Positions 47,358-58,079 of a DNA stretch of 64,000 nt are shown piece after piece; the stretch's first letter is position 1; every line of letters begins with the position of its first letter. The notes under the pieces were generated by a model that was not told the origin of the DNA, ran no database searches, and saw only the letters and a program-made list of their open reading frames with translations. The position numbers were made by a program, and so were the translations under genes. This DNA is from an uncultured Verrucomicrobiota bacterium (GTDB taxonomy: Bacteria; Verrucomicrobiota; Verrucomicrobiia; Opitutales; Opitutaceae), in the NCBI GenBank assembly GCA_913058185.1, contig CAJXQX010000008.1, positions 8,031-72,030 of the forward strand. The letters are read 5' to 3'.

Positions 47358-47454
47358 ATGAATAGATGTGCCGCAAACCACCCTTTCCGTCAATCGCCGC
47401 AGAAGACCTGATCAATATTGCGCCACAGGTTCGACCGCACTTACTGGCAAGATC

Positions 47455-48075
47455 GTGTCACCACACTTCGATCAACTTTTTGCCCGCTACCCTAGCCTCC
47501 TGCCTTGCCAGACCGACATTGAGGCAGCGTTTCGAATCCTGAAAACCAGTTTCGCCGACGGTGGCCAACTCCTCCTCGCGGGCAATGGTGGGAGTGCCGC
47601 CGATGCCGATCACATCGCCGGTGAGCTGCTCAAAGGGTTTGTGCGGCCCCGACTCGTCGACCTCCCCGACGACGGCACCCTGGATCCAGCCCTGCAAAAG
47701 CTCCAGGGCGGTTTGCCCGCCATCCCTCTCACGGGATTCCCGGCCCTCCGCACCGCCGTGGCCAACGACACGTCTCCCGATCTCGAATTTGCCCAGCTCG
47801 TCTGGGCGCTGGGCCGGCCGGGTGATGTGGTTCTCGGCATCTCGTGCTCCGGCAACGCTCGCAACGTCCTGCTCGCGCTCCAAGCGGCACGCCTACGGGG
47901 CCTGAAGACCATGCTACTCACCGGCGCCACTCCCGGAAAATGCAGCCCGCATGCCGATATCTGTATTCGAGCACCCGATACGGAGACCTTTCGAATTCAA
48001 GAGCTGCATCTCCCCATCTATCACGCGCTATGCCTCGCCCTTGAGGATCACTTTTTCAGTTCCGAGGCGGAATGA
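47455..48075 (+). CDS. SIS-domain sugar-phosphate isomerase (GmhA/DiaA-like)
   Basis: GTG at 47455 gives about 206 aa. LLLAGNGGSAADADHIAGEL and GISCSGNARNV motifs are present. Confidence 0.8.
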   Translation: MSPHFDQLFARYPSLLPCQTDIEAAFRILKTSFADGGQLLLAGNGGSAADADHIAGELLKGFVRPRLVDLPDDGTLDPALQKLQGGLPAIPLTGFPALRTAVANDTSPDLEFAQLVWALGRPGDVVLGISCSGNARNVLLALQAARLRGLKTMLLTGATPGKCSPHADICIRAPDTETFRIQELHLPIYHALCLALEDHFFSSEAE

Positions 48076-48180
48076 AATTTCAGTCAAATATCGCGTAAAT
48101 AATTCGCACAAGAATTGTCAGACGGCACATCGCGCGTCTAAGAAAAACTCCCCTTCTCCACTTTCCTCTCCCCTCTATTT

Positions 48181-49068
48181 ATGAAAGACAAAAAAATCGG
48201 ACTCGTTGGCCTCGGCCGCATGGGCGGCAACATGGCACGTTGCCTCAGTGACAAAGGCTACAATGTAGCCGCTGTTTACGACCTCAATAGCGAGGTGGCC
48301 GCCTCCCTCGCCACCGAAGTGAAAGCCACCGCCTGCGCTAATCTCGCCGCGGTTACCGCTGCCTCCGAAATCGTTCTCACTATTGTGACCAATGACGCCG
48401 CGATGGAATCCATCTTCTTCGGCGAAGACAACCTGCTCAAGGGTGCCGAAGGTCGCGTATTCATCAACTGCGCCACCCTGACCCCGGCCATCCACGGCCG
48501 CGTCGGCGCTGCTGCGACCGATGCTGGCGCCTCAAGTTTGGAGGCCTGCATGGCCTCCAGTATACCCCAGGCCCGCAACGGCGAACTTTTCCTCATGGTC
48601 GGCGGCGACGAAACTGTTTTCGAAAGCACCAAGCCGCTGCTCGACGATCTCAGCGAAGCCCTCCACTTCGTCGGCCCAGCTGGCAAAGCCTCCGAGGTCA
48701 AAGCGCTGGTAAACATGGTCATGAATATCAACACCGCTGCCCTCGCCGAAGGATTAGGCCTCGGCAAAGCCCTCGGACTTGATCTCGAGATGTTGCTTAA
48801 AATCCTCGGCCAAACCGGTGCCCGTTCCCGGGTTCTCGAAACCGATGGCGAAGATATGGTGGCCCGCGATCACGAGTGTTATTTCTCCGCCGAACATGCC
48901 GCCAAAGATTCCGGCATCGCTTTGAAACTCGCCGAAGCCCAAGGCATTCCCACGCCTCTCGCCCAAGCCACCTTCGATCAATACACGAAGATGACTGCCA
49001 TGGGACTCGGTGAACTGGACAAATCCGGCGTCGCTGAACTGACTTTCAAAGGCCGCGCCTTGAGCTAA
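48181..49068 (+). CDS. NAD(P)-dependent beta-hydroxyacid dehydrogenase (3-hydroxyisobutyrate dehydrogenase family)
   Basis: IGLVGLGRMGGNMA dinucleotide fold and a KDSGIAL-type catalytic region. Confidence 0.85.
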   Translation: MKDKKIGLVGLGRMGGNMARCLSDKGYNVAAVYDLNSEVAASLATEVKATACANLAAVTAASEIVLTIVTNDAAMESIFFGEDNLLKGAEGRVFINCATLTPAIHGRVGAAATDAGASSLEACMASSIPQARNGELFLMVGGDETVFESTKPLLDDLSEALHFVGPAGKASEVKALVNMVMNINTAALAEGLGLGKALGLDLEMLLKILGQTGARSRVLETDGEDMVARDHECYFSAEHAAKDSGIALKLAEAQGIPTPLAQATFDQYTKMTAMGLGELDKSGVAELTFKGRALS

Positions 49069-49189
49069 AGGGCTCAGGTCGAGCATAAAGTCAGACCCAC
49101 CGGTGGCTTACGTATGGAGACCATGGATCAGGCGCTATCCTCAATCCTCCTTCTCGTTACTCCCCCCCAGAAAACACGACTTTCAGGGG

Positions 49190-49474
49190 ATGAAACTCTC
49201 GGACTGGATGCGGCGATTTTTTCGCCCAGGGAACCGAGATGCCGCTAACGAGGCATTGGTCACCTTGCTACTCGCTGCGCGAGAAGACGAGAATCTCAGA
49301 AAGAAGATATCGAGCCTGATTCGTTTGCCCGATGTTCAGCGAGATTCACTGGTCATATCTGCGGTCGATGAAATGAAACTTAAGGGCGAGCCACCGGAAA
49401 TCTGTGGTGCCTTTGCCATCCTCGCGACTTCCGACGGGGCAGCCGCAGCCCAAAAGGCTCTCAATCTAGTCTGA
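49190..49474 (+). CDS. Hypothetical small protein
   Basis: ATG at 49190 is preceded by AGGGGA. 94 aa, no recognisable motif. Confidence 0.4.
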   Translation: MKLSDWMRRFFRPGNRDAANEALVTLLLAAREDENLRKKISSLIRLPDVQRDSLVISAVDEMKLKGEPPEICGAFAILATSDGAAAAQKALNLV

Positions 49475-49589
49475 CGCTCGAGGAGTCGGCCAACATAGCC
49501 CATTACCGAGAAAAAACTGCCCAGGATCGGCGGCCTCCGTTCTTGTGCTACGCCGGTGCTTCGCCGCATAACTGAGGTTGCGCCCACCC

Positions 49590-50603
49590 ATGTCTGATCC
49601 CGTCTCCGCCATTGCCGTCTCCAACCTGGTAAAAAACTACGCCGGGGTGACGGCTGTCAGTAACATCAGTTTTAACGTCGCCCAGGGTGAAATCCTCGGA
49701 TTTCTCGGCCCCAATGGCGCCGGAAAGTCCACCACCATGCGAATTCTCACGGGTTTTCTGCCGGCGACATCCGGGCAAGTCGAAATCTGTGGTCATTCCG
49801 TCGCGACCGAATCCGCCGCTGTGAAACGCCTCATCGGTTACATGCCGGAGAACAATCCCCTGCCCGAGGATATGCGGGTTTCGGAATACCTCTACTACCG
49901 CGGCCGCCTCAAGGAGATGACCCGCAAGCAGCTCGGCCCTCGGATCGATGAGTTGTTGGAGTTGTGCGACCTCAAACGCGTGCGTCACCGCATCATCGGC
50001 AAACTCTCCAAGGGATTCCGCCAACGGATCGGAATCGCCGAGGCTATCCTGGCCGAACCACCCGTGATCATCATGGACGAGCCCACCATCGGGCTCGATC
50101 CTCACCAAATTCTCATCGTCCGGGATCTTATCTCCCGTTTGCGCGGTCGTATGACTGTGATCATTTCCTCCCATATTCTGCCTGAGATCGAGATGACCTG
50201 CGACCGCGTGCTGATCATCAACCAAGGTCGGGTCGTCGCAGCGGGCGAACCAGCCGCCCTCAAACGCGAACTCCTAGGCCGCGCGCGCTACGAAGTGGAT
50301 ATCGTCGCCGAGAGTGCCGATGTCGCGGGCCTGATCGCCACGATCGACCCTTCGCTCGAGATCACCAGCGAAACGATGCCCGATGCGGAAGGGTTCCGCA
50401 CCATCGAGTTGAGCACCGATGAAGATTCGGATTTCAGCGAAACGCTTCTGCGTCACTTCGCCGCCGATGATCGGTGCCGCCTACGTGGTCTGAGTCGCGC
50501 CAGTCCTACCCTCGAAGACGTGTTCCTCGCCGCCACCAAGCGGAGCTGGGATGTCGTGGATCGAGCTGGCGCCAAATCTGAAATCGTAAATCCGAAATCG
50601 TAA
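49590..50603 (+). CDS. ABC transporter ATP-binding protein (ABC-2/GldA-like)
   Basis: Walker A GPNGAGKSTT, signature LSKGFRQR, Walker B VIIMDEP, and a C-terminal extension of about 100 aa. Confidence 0.9.
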   Translation: MSDPVSAIAVSNLVKNYAGVTAVSNISFNVAQGEILGFLGPNGAGKSTTMRILTGFLPATSGQVEICGHSVATESAAVKRLIGYMPENNPLPEDMRVSEYLYYRGRLKEMTRKQLGPRIDELLELCDLKRVRHRIIGKLSKGFRQRIGIAEAILAEPPVIIMDEPTIGLDPHQILIVRDLISRLRGRMTVIISSHILPEIEMTCDRVLIINQGRVVAAGEPAALKRELLGRARYEVDIVAESADVAGLIATIDPSLEITSETMPDAEGFRTIELSTDEDSDFSETLLRHFAADDRCRLRGLSRASPTLEDVFLAATKRSWDVVDRAGAKSEIVNPKS

Positions 50604-50609
50604 ATCCCG

Positions 50610-51371
50610 ATGCGCCATTTTCTGACCATTCTCGGCCACGAGGTCCGCATGTTGCTGGTGAGCCCCAGCACCTACATTGCAGCCGTAACGTTTCTCGCCT
50701 TCATGGGGTTTATCTTCGCGGGTATTTTGGCGGAATTTTCCTCCACGCCGCAGCAGAACTCACCCGCCGTGGCATTCTTCGAACTCTTTTGGGTGCCCGT
50801 CATCTTCATCGTGCCTCTTCTCACCATGAAAAGCATCTCCGAAGAGCGCCGGCTCGGCACCTTGGAGACCCTACTCACCACCCCCATTTCCACCGGCGAA
50901 GTGGTGCTGGGTAAATACGGCGCGGCTTACTTACTCTATCTGTCTTTGTGGGCGTCCACCGCCGGATTGTTCTACATCCTACATCGATTCACCCAGGACT
51001 CCTTCCTGCTCGATCTCGGGCCACTCATCGGCGGCTATCTGTTCATCGCTGTATCGGGCCTGCTATTTGTCGCGCTGGGGATCTTCGCGAGCTCACTTTC
51101 CCGCAACCAAGCCGTCGCAGGAATCTTCGGCGTCGTCATGCTTTTCGGCCTCATCATTGGCACCCAACTTCTGGCCGGACTGGCCACCCTCAACCTCGAG
51201 TCTTTCGCTACCCTTAAATCAAGTGTCGAATATGCCCAAGTATTTCAGCACCTCGATGATTTCAGTCGCGGAATCGTTGATACGCGACAACTGCTGTTCT
51301 ACGTGAGCGGAGCGAGCCTTACCCTAATTTTGAGCGTCCTCGGTTTAGAGGCCAAGTTGTTGCACAGCTGA
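50610..51371 (+). CDS. ABC-2 type permease (GldF-like)
   Basis: 253 aa, six hydrophobic helices, SEERRLGTLETLLTTP motif. Confidence 0.85.
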   Translation: MRHFLTILGHEVRMLLVSPSTYIAAVTFLAFMGFIFAGILAEFSSTPQQNSPAVAFFELFWVPVIFIVPLLTMKSISEERRLGTLETLLTTPISTGEVVLGKYGAAYLLYLSLWASTAGLFYILHRFTQDSFLLDLGPLIGGYLFIAVSGLLFVALGIFASSLSRNQAVAGIFGVVMLFGLIIGTQLLAGLATLNLESFATLKSSVEYAQVFQHLDDFSRGIVDTRQLLFYVSGASLTLILSVLGLEAKLLHS

Positions 51372-51373
51372 TC

Positions 51374-52867
51374 ATGGCTATTCGACATTCCTTCGCTTTC
51401 GCTCGCTGGACGAGGACCCTTAATCTGGTCCTGCAAGCCTTCCTTTTACTGACGTTCTTTGGTGGCCTCAATTATCTGGCGCTCAACTACGGCTGGCGCT
51501 GGGACCTCACGAACCACCGACGCCACACGCTTTCGGAAGAGACCCAGGCTTACCTCCGATCGCTGGAGCAACCGGTGAAGCTGATCATCACGACCAACCT
51601 CAATACGAGTGACCCTGATGCCAATCAGGCCTTTCGCGACATCCGTGGCCTGCTGGACGAATACGCCACCGCCACCAAGGGTAAAAAAACTGCCGGCAAA
51701 ATCCTCGTCGAAAACCTCGACGTTTATCGCAACCAACTCCGAGCCGAGGCACTCGGGATCGACGACACCAATATCGTCGTAGCGATCTGTAACGACCGCA
51801 CCACGGTCATCCCATGGGCCGACTTCTATGAAACCCGTAAACGCGTAGCAGTCGCATTCAAGGGCGAACAGGTCGTCACCTCGGCCATTCTCAGTGTTTC
51901 AAACCCACAACGACCCAAGATCTATTTCCTCGCGGGTCACGGAGAAATGCGACCGACCGACGTCAATGCAGCTCGGGGACTTTCCGTGTTTGCCGACGAA
52001 TTGCGCCAACGAAACCTACAGGTCGAATCGATCGATCTTACGATGCAAAAGGAGGTCCCGCAAGATGCCGATCTCTTAGTTATAGCGGCCCCCCAAGGCC
52101 GCTTCGACCCCTTCGAAGTCGAGTTGCTTCGGCGCTACTTAAGCGAAAGCGCGGGACGCATCTTGGTTATGCTCCCACCCGCCATTAATCACGGGCTCGA
52201 CGATCTACTCTACGATTGGGGCCTCGTCGCCGATGATGTGGTGGTGCTCGAACCCGACCCAGCCCATGTCACCGAGGCCGCCGAGTTGCGCATCAGCGCC
52301 TTCGCCCCCCATCCTATCACGCAATCCCTCATCGATAACCAATTGGCCGGCTACCTTGGGCTCACCCGGGTGGTGCGTCCCGACCCGGGACGCCCCTTGG
52401 ATAATGCGCTACGCATCGATGTGCTCGCCGCGACCTCGGAAACCGCTTGGGGCGAACGCGACTACCGTGCCACCAGCGCGAGCTATAACCCCGGGATCGA
52501 CTTGCAAGGGCTCGCCGGTTTCGAACCGCTCGGTCGCCTGGGTGTCGCAGTCGCCTCAGAACGGGTTACGCCACCGAAGGATCTTCCTTTCAGCGTGCGC
52601 GGTGGCCGCATCGTCTTATTCGGCAATGCTGATTTCGCCGCCAACGCTCGTATCGTCGCTCCCGGCAACCTCACCCTCGCACTCAACGCCATCGAGTGGT
52701 GCGTCGATCGCGATGTGCAGATCAACACCGTACCTCGTCCTATCGAGCGCTACCAAATCAACCTGAGCAAAGCTGACCTCGCAAAGTTACGCATTAGCCT
52801 GCTCGTCATCCTTCCGGGACTCGCTGCTTTGTTTGGCACCGTCGTTTATTGGACCCGACGCTCCTAG
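51374..52867 (+). CDS. GldG-like ABC transporter auxiliary protein
   Basis: N- and C-terminal TM helices. The WDLTNHRRHTLSEETQAYLRSL opening is typical of the ABC_transp_aux family. Confidence 0.8.
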   Translation: MAIRHSFAFARWTRTLNLVLQAFLLLTFFGGLNYLALNYGWRWDLTNHRRHTLSEETQAYLRSLEQPVKLIITTNLNTSDPDANQAFRDIRGLLDEYATATKGKKTAGKILVENLDVYRNQLRAEALGIDDTNIVVAICNDRTTVIPWADFYETRKRVAVAFKGEQVVTSAILSVSNPQRPKIYFLAGHGEMRPTDVNAARGLSVFADELRQRNLQVESIDLTMQKEVPQDADLLVIAAPQGRFDPFEVELLRRYLSESAGRILVMLPPAINHGLDDLLYDWGLVADDVVVLEPDPAHVTEAAELRISAFAPHPITQSLIDNQLAGYLGLTRVVRPDPGRPLDNALRIDVLAATSETAWGERDYRATSASYNPGIDLQGLAGFEPLGRLGVAVASERVTPPKDLPFSVRGGRIVLFGNADFAANARIVAPGNLTLALNAIEWCVDRDVQINTVPRPIERYQINLSKADLAKLRISLLVILPGLAALFGTVVYWTRRS

Positions 52868-52895
52868 TCCCACCGCCGCACCAAACCCTTCCGTC

Positions 52896-54902
52896 ATGCG
52901 CACTAAGATTACGCTCTTCCTCCTGCTCCTCAACGTCGTGCTGTTCTTCTTCATCTTTGGCGTGGAGAGAAAGTGGCGGACCGAAATACTCATTGATGAA
53001 GCCAAGTCCCGAGTCCTCGGACCTGAGGCGGCCAATATTCAGACCTTAAAGATTTCCGGCGACAGTCTTGCCGAGTCGGTCCAATTGGAGCGGAACGGTG
53101 ACAGTTGGCGCATCACTTCCCCCTACGAATGGCCCGCTAATCCCCACGCCGTAAGCCGCATTGTCAACGAGCTGCAATTCCTCGAGCACTACACCAGTTT
53201 CGCGGTGGATAATCTCAGTGCCACCGACCTCTCACTCGTCGACTACGGTTTGGATAACCCCAAGCTGACCGTGAGTTTCCGCTCCGGTAGCGGCGAAAAC
53301 GCCATCGAAACTTCTCTGGCGATCGGCGATACCACCAAGATCGGTCAACGGCTTTACGTGCTTTCCCCCGATAGCACCCGCGTGCACGTCGTGCCAGACA
53401 CCCTCGCCAACAGTCTTTCCCTCGACCTCGAACAACTTCGCACCAACGCCTGCTTCACCATCCCCGTTTTCGAAGTCCGTTCTTTGAATCTCCAAAATGA
53501 CGGTCCGGCCAACGTGCGGGTGCGCTTGCGTCGCCAAAACAACCAATGGCAATTCGAGTCCCCCGTCGTCACTCGCGCTTCCAAGAGCCGCACCGAATCC
53601 ACTCTCAGTGACATCGCCACCCTCCGAACATCAGACTTTCTCGGAGCCCCCTCGGAACAACCCGACCTCCTCACCACCTCGGGAACCAACACGCCCAGTC
53701 TGCGCATCACCCTCGAAGGTAACAATCGGCGCGAGTCCCTCTTACTCGGTAATGAAATCGATCCGCCGACCGCGATCAACCCCGACGACCCAAACTCCGA
53801 GCCTGTCGATCGGAAGTTTTATGCCCAAATGGAGGGCCGCGACGCCATCTTCACCGTCGTATTGCCTCAACGGCTTGCCACCAATCTGCGTAGCGCGCAA
53901 AGCGAGCTTCGCGAAAAAACCATTCTGGATCTCGAGGATCGCCGGATCGATGCAATCACCTTGGCCGACGATCTTGGCCAAGAGATAACGATCCAAAAAC
54001 TGGATACCAACGACAGCAAAGCCACCGGCGTGATCAGTTCGTGGCAGGTCGTCGCCCGGGGGGCCGACGGGACTCTCCGGACAGATCCCGCCGATGCCGA
54101 CGTGGTGGAACAAGAATTACTACGCACCCTTCGATTGCTGCGGTCCGAATCATTTGAACGAGATGTGCCGACCGATGCGGAGTTGGAGGACTGGGGCTTG
54201 AAGCGTCCCCGTCGCACCATCACCCTTTCTTTCCAGCCCGCCTTGGGCTCCACCACCGCCCCCGACCGCATCACCCTGCTCATCGGCACGGATCAAACTG
54301 GCGACGATGCCTACGCCAAAACAGGCCTCGAAACGTTCGTTTACGGCATCGACGAGGTGTTCTTGCGCAACACGCCACTCGACCCTCTGCACTACCGAGA
54401 ACGCTTAGTGAGAGAACTTCCGGCCGGCGCTCGGATCACGGGCATCGAATTGCAAGATCTCAGCGCCAATGCGACTGACTTCGCCCACCAGCTGGTCGAA
54501 GAAGAAACGTGGGAGAGCGTAATCGCCACGCATCCCCCGGCTCAACAAGCGTCGCTTACCGCGCTGCTCGCCTCCCTCCGCACCCTACAATCTCAACGGA
54601 TCGTGGCCGACGAATTCCGCGATACCGTGCGGGTCAACGGTCAGACATTGCCTTGGCGCTATCGGATGAACTTGAACCTCTCCCTCAGTGGTGACGGTGG
54701 CGAACAGGAGGAAGTGTTTACTCTATTCCTCGCCGACCGAGACGGCGGCGATCGTCAACTGGTGGGAGCGCCTGGTCTGAGTCTCATTTTCGAAGCGAAT
54801 CACGAATTGATCGATGCGGTTTGGAACCTGACTTATGGGAATCGGGACCCCGGATCCATCGAACTGACAACGCCGCCTGATTTGCCCGAGACCGACGCTT
54901 GA
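52896..54902 (+). CDS. DUF4340-like membrane-anchored protein
   Basis: ATG at 52896, an N-terminal TM helix, and repeated beta-rich modules. It occupies the conserved position after a GldG-like gene. Confidence 0.65.
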   Translation: MRTKITLFLLLLNVVLFFFIFGVERKWRTEILIDEAKSRVLGPEAANIQTLKISGDSLAESVQLERNGDSWRITSPYEWPANPHAVSRIVNELQFLEHYTSFAVDNLSATDLSLVDYGLDNPKLTVSFRSGSGENAIETSLAIGDTTKIGQRLYVLSPDSTRVHVVPDTLANSLSLDLEQLRTNACFTIPVFEVRSLNLQNDGPANVRVRLRRQNNQWQFESPVVTRASKSRTESTLSDIATLRTSDFLGAPSEQPDLLTTSGTNTPSLRITLEGNNRRESLLLGNEIDPPTAINPDDPNSEPVDRKFYAQMEGRDAIFTVVLPQRLATNLRSAQSELREKTILDLEDRRIDAITLADDLGQEITIQKLDTNDSKATGVISSWQVVARGADGTLRTDPADADVVEQELLRTLRLLRSESFERDVPTDAELEDWGLKRPRRTITLSFQPALGSTTAPDRITLLIGTDQTGDDAYAKTGLETFVYGIDEVFLRNTPLDPLHYRERLVRELPAGARITGIELQDLSANATDFAHQLVEEETWESVIATHPPAQQASLTALLASLRTLQSQRIVADEFRDTVRVNGQTLPWRYRMNLNLSLSGDGGEQEEVFTLFLADRDGGDRQLVGAPGLSLIFEANHELIDAVWNLTYGNRDPGSIELTTPPDLPETDA

Positions 54903-54949
54903 ATTCTCCACCTTAACCTTCCGCCTTCCCGACCCGAACTCTACCGATC

Positions 54950-57811
54950 ATGCCTGTTCCCCGCTGGTTGAACGCCTGTTGGCAAAGCACCCACTTTTTT
55001 GGGCGTTGTATGTTCGGGCTCATCCGGTGGATTTCGTGGATCTTGTTAGTCGTGCTCGCTGGACTTCAGGTTTTCATCCTCACCAAACATGAATTGGATG
55101 TTCCGCAATTCGTGCTGCGAGAAATCGAGAGTCGCTTGGGCCAGGCCGGCCTCCATGCCAAGTTCGGTCAATTCACATTTGATCCCACGGGGTGTCTACT
55201 CGTGCGCGACCTGCAGGTGAGCCTGCTCTCTTCAGATACGACCGTCTTACGCGCAAAGTCGATCGCCATGCAGGTCAATCCAGTCGCATTGTGGTTTCGC
55301 GAAATCGATCCTAGCGAAATTCGGATTTCGGGGGTCGACCTCCTCATCCCCGCGGCAATCTCACCCACTGGTCAGGCCGAGCCTATGGTAGCTGGTATCG
55401 ATGCCCGTATTCGCCAAGGGGACTCCCCCCGCCTATTGCGGCTCGAAAATCTAACCGCCCAGGTGGGACCTGTCGCAGTGAGCGCATTCGGAGACTGCCT
55501 GCTTCCTGCCCGATCATCTGGACCTGCCGCCCCTTTTGACCAGTTTCTCGAGTCCTTCTCGAAAAACTATCTCAAGAAATGCCGCCTCATCAGCGAAACT
55601 CTCGCCAAATTACCCCAGATGGCGGGGGCCAAGTTAGAGTTGAGCCTGACTCCGCATCCCCGTTTTGGAGTCGCTACCGCGGTGCGAGCCAGCGTTGAGA
55701 CATTGGAGCTTCAAATCACCACCGATCCAAAATCCCGTCTTCGGGTGCAGGACGCGATCGCCTTTGCCGACCTCTTTCCGGGCGGAGGAAATCGCATCGA
55801 ACAGCTGTCACTGGAGGCTCGCGTGATCGATTGGCCCTCGCACGTGAGTGCGGGAAATTTGCAGGCAAATCTCACCGCCGCGTTTGAGCCCGAATCCCTC
55901 AACTTCAGCCCCCAAGACCTGACGTTAATCGCCGATCACATCATCGTGGCCGGGGTGAAAGTAGAGGGAGTCTCAGTCCAATCCACTCTCGCCGGAATTC
56001 CCGTGATTCAATCAACCGGCGTGGCTCAAATCGGCGGAGGCGTCTGGAGTTTCGCGACAGACTTAGATCTAACCGTCGGTGCGGGCCGCGTGTCACTCGA
56101 GGGAGAAGTCGGCGCCGGAACCCTCGATATCTTGGCCGACAAAATTGGATTCGATGTGCCATCGATCTTAAGTTGGCCCGAAAGGCCCTTCCTCCAAACT
56201 GAACTCATGCTCGGTCCCGGCGGGCGTCCGCTATCGGCCGAAGCGGACTTCTCAACCGGTCCGGTTACCGCCCGGTGGGTGCCGCTGGACGCGACAGCGG
56301 CTCACGTAACTTGGCAAAACGATCATCTTCGCGCCGATCAAATTCTGCTTCGACGCGGGGAAAGCGCGGCCTTTGGTAGTTATTATATGAATACGGATGA
56401 TCTTGATTTCCGTTTTCTCCTCAACGGCCAGCTTTTGCCCAACGACATCAGCGGTTGGTTTCGGGACTGGTGGCCGAAGCTATTTGCGATGTTCGAATTC
56501 CCCAGCGCACCACCTCGCGCCAACGTGGAAGTAAGTGGGCGATGGAAAAAGCCGCTCGATACGGTCATTTTCATTTCTGCTGATGCCGACGATGCGGTGG
56601 TGAAAGACATCGCGATGCAGCGGATGCGCACCCGGCTATTCGTGCGACCGGGTTGGGTTGACGTGCTAAACTTTATCTCGGAACGCGAACCCGGCACCGT
56701 GCAGGGAAGCTTCGCTCGCCAATGGCGCCTGCCTGACAGCCGACGCTGGACGCGGTTGGAAATTCACGCCGCTGGTAGCAGTGATCTCTCCCCGGTGCCA
56801 AAACTCTTGAGCCGCAACGGAGCTGCCATCATCGAACCGTTCGATTTCACCAATCCAATAGAGATGCGGCTGGACGGTGAAATCACGCGCAGCGACTGGG
56901 ATCAACCGGCGCAAGAAGACTTTGTATTGATCGGCAAATCAGAAGGCAATTGGCGGTTTAAAAAAATTCCGCTAGAAGACGTCGAATTCCAAGTAACTCG
57001 CCGCAACGAAAAGATTGAGGTCAATGACTTCACCACGGGGTTTGCCGGGGGTAAACTACAGGGGAAAGTTGAGCTTACGGGCGCAACCGGCGAAACCAAG
57101 CACCTCGCGTTTGATGTCAATCTGGAGGACGCATCGCTCGGTCACACGATACAAGACGTAGCCCAGTGGACGGCATCACGTCGGGGGGAAACCGCGGCAG
57201 ATTCCACGAAATTCGAAACTCAATTGGCCGCAGGGAAACTCGCCATGGCTCTTTCTGCTGAAGGTCCCGCCGATGATCCATTTGCTCTTATCGGCGCCGG
57301 GAGTGCAGCGGTCACGCACCCTTATCTGGCCAACGTTAATCTACTCGGCGTGCTCTCGGGTCTGTTAGAACGAACGGTTTTAAATTTCTCTACCCTCCAG
57401 CTCAGCCACGCAAACGCGGACTTCACGCTGAATGGTCCCGAGGTCACTTTCCCCGATATAAAGATCTCGGGAGAACGGGGCGCACTCGACGCTAACGGGA
57501 TTTATTCTCTCGATACTAAGGCTCTTAATTTTAATGCCCGGGTGCGTCCATTTGATGGTGGCGAGGGACTGCTCGATGCGGTATTTACCCCATTTTCATC
57601 CGCATTGGGGGTTAAATTAGGCGGAGTTCTGAGCAAACCCAATTGGACCTTCGTCTATGGACCGACCAATATACTGCGAAATCTTACTGGAGAAAATAAT
57701 CGCCCTAAACCCTCTCCTTCGACGCCAGAATCACCTTCTTCAAACGGCCAACCGTCCGCCCCAATTCTCGAGCCGAATCCAGAGGTGTTGGTTCCCGAAG
57801 GTCAAAATTGA
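54950..57811 (+). CDS. Large membrane-anchored protein, AsmA/TamB-like (tentative)
   Basis: N-terminal TM helix. The C-terminal segment GERGALDANGIYSLDTKALNFNARV...GVKLGGVLSKPNWTF resembles the AsmA_2 end. Pro/Ser-rich tail. Confidence 0.5.
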   Translation: MPVPRWLNACWQSTHFFGRCMFGLIRWISWILLVVLAGLQVFILTKHELDVPQFVLREIESRLGQAGLHAKFGQFTFDPTGCLLVRDLQVSLLSSDTTVLRAKSIAMQVNPVALWFREIDPSEIRISGVDLLIPAAISPTGQAEPMVAGIDARIRQGDSPRLLRLENLTAQVGPVAVSAFGDCLLPARSSGPAAPFDQFLESFSKNYLKKCRLISETLAKLPQMAGAKLELSLTPHPRFGVATAVRASVETLELQITTDPKSRLRVQDAIAFADLFPGGGNRIEQLSLEARVIDWPSHVSAGNLQANLTAAFEPESLNFSPQDLTLIADHIIVAGVKVEGVSVQSTLAGIPVIQSTGVAQIGGGVWSFATDLDLTVGAGRVSLEGEVGAGTLDILADKIGFDVPSILSWPERPFLQTELMLGPGGRPLSAEADFSTGPVTARWVPLDATAAHVTWQNDHLRADQILLRRGESAAFGSYYMNTDDLDFRFLLNGQLLPNDISGWFRDWWPKLFAMFEFPSAPPRANVEVSGRWKKPLDTVIFISADADDAVVKDIAMQRMRTRLFVRPGWVDVLNFISEREPGTVQGSFARQWRLPDSRRWTRLEIHAAGSSDLSPVPKLLSRNGAAIIEPFDFTNPIEMRLDGEITRSDWDQPAQEDFVLIGKSEGNWRFKKIPLEDVEFQVTRRNEKIEVNDFTTGFAGGKLQGKVELTGATGETKHLAFDVNLEDASLGHTIQDVAQWTASRRGETAADSTKFETQLAAGKLAMALSAEGPADDPFALIGAGSAAVTHPYLANVNLLGVLSGLLERTVLNFSTLQLSHANADFTLNGPEVTFPDIKISGERGALDANGIYSLDTKALNFNARVRPFDGGEGLLDAVFTPFSSALGVKLGGVLSKPNWTFVYGPTNILRNLTGENNRPKPSPSTPESPSSNGQPSAPILEPNPEVLVPEGQN

Positions 57812-58079
57812 GACAATTCGTCCCATATCAAAGGTGATTGCCTCCCACTAAAACTCTGTTTCATATGAGGTATTAACCCTAATTAACGCTAAGAAAAGTC
57901 CATTCGCAATCGACTGGCCAAAACGAGTTTGTCTCGCCTTGGCTACCTCGTTGGTGCTTGCGACTCTGGTGCCATTATTTGGTTGTTTGACCAGTAGTTT
58001 ACATCTGATTTCTCTAGGGGCTGAATCCGAGCCTATTCGGGCCAATACGGTGATTGGTGCGCTTCTTTAGGGCTCAGTT

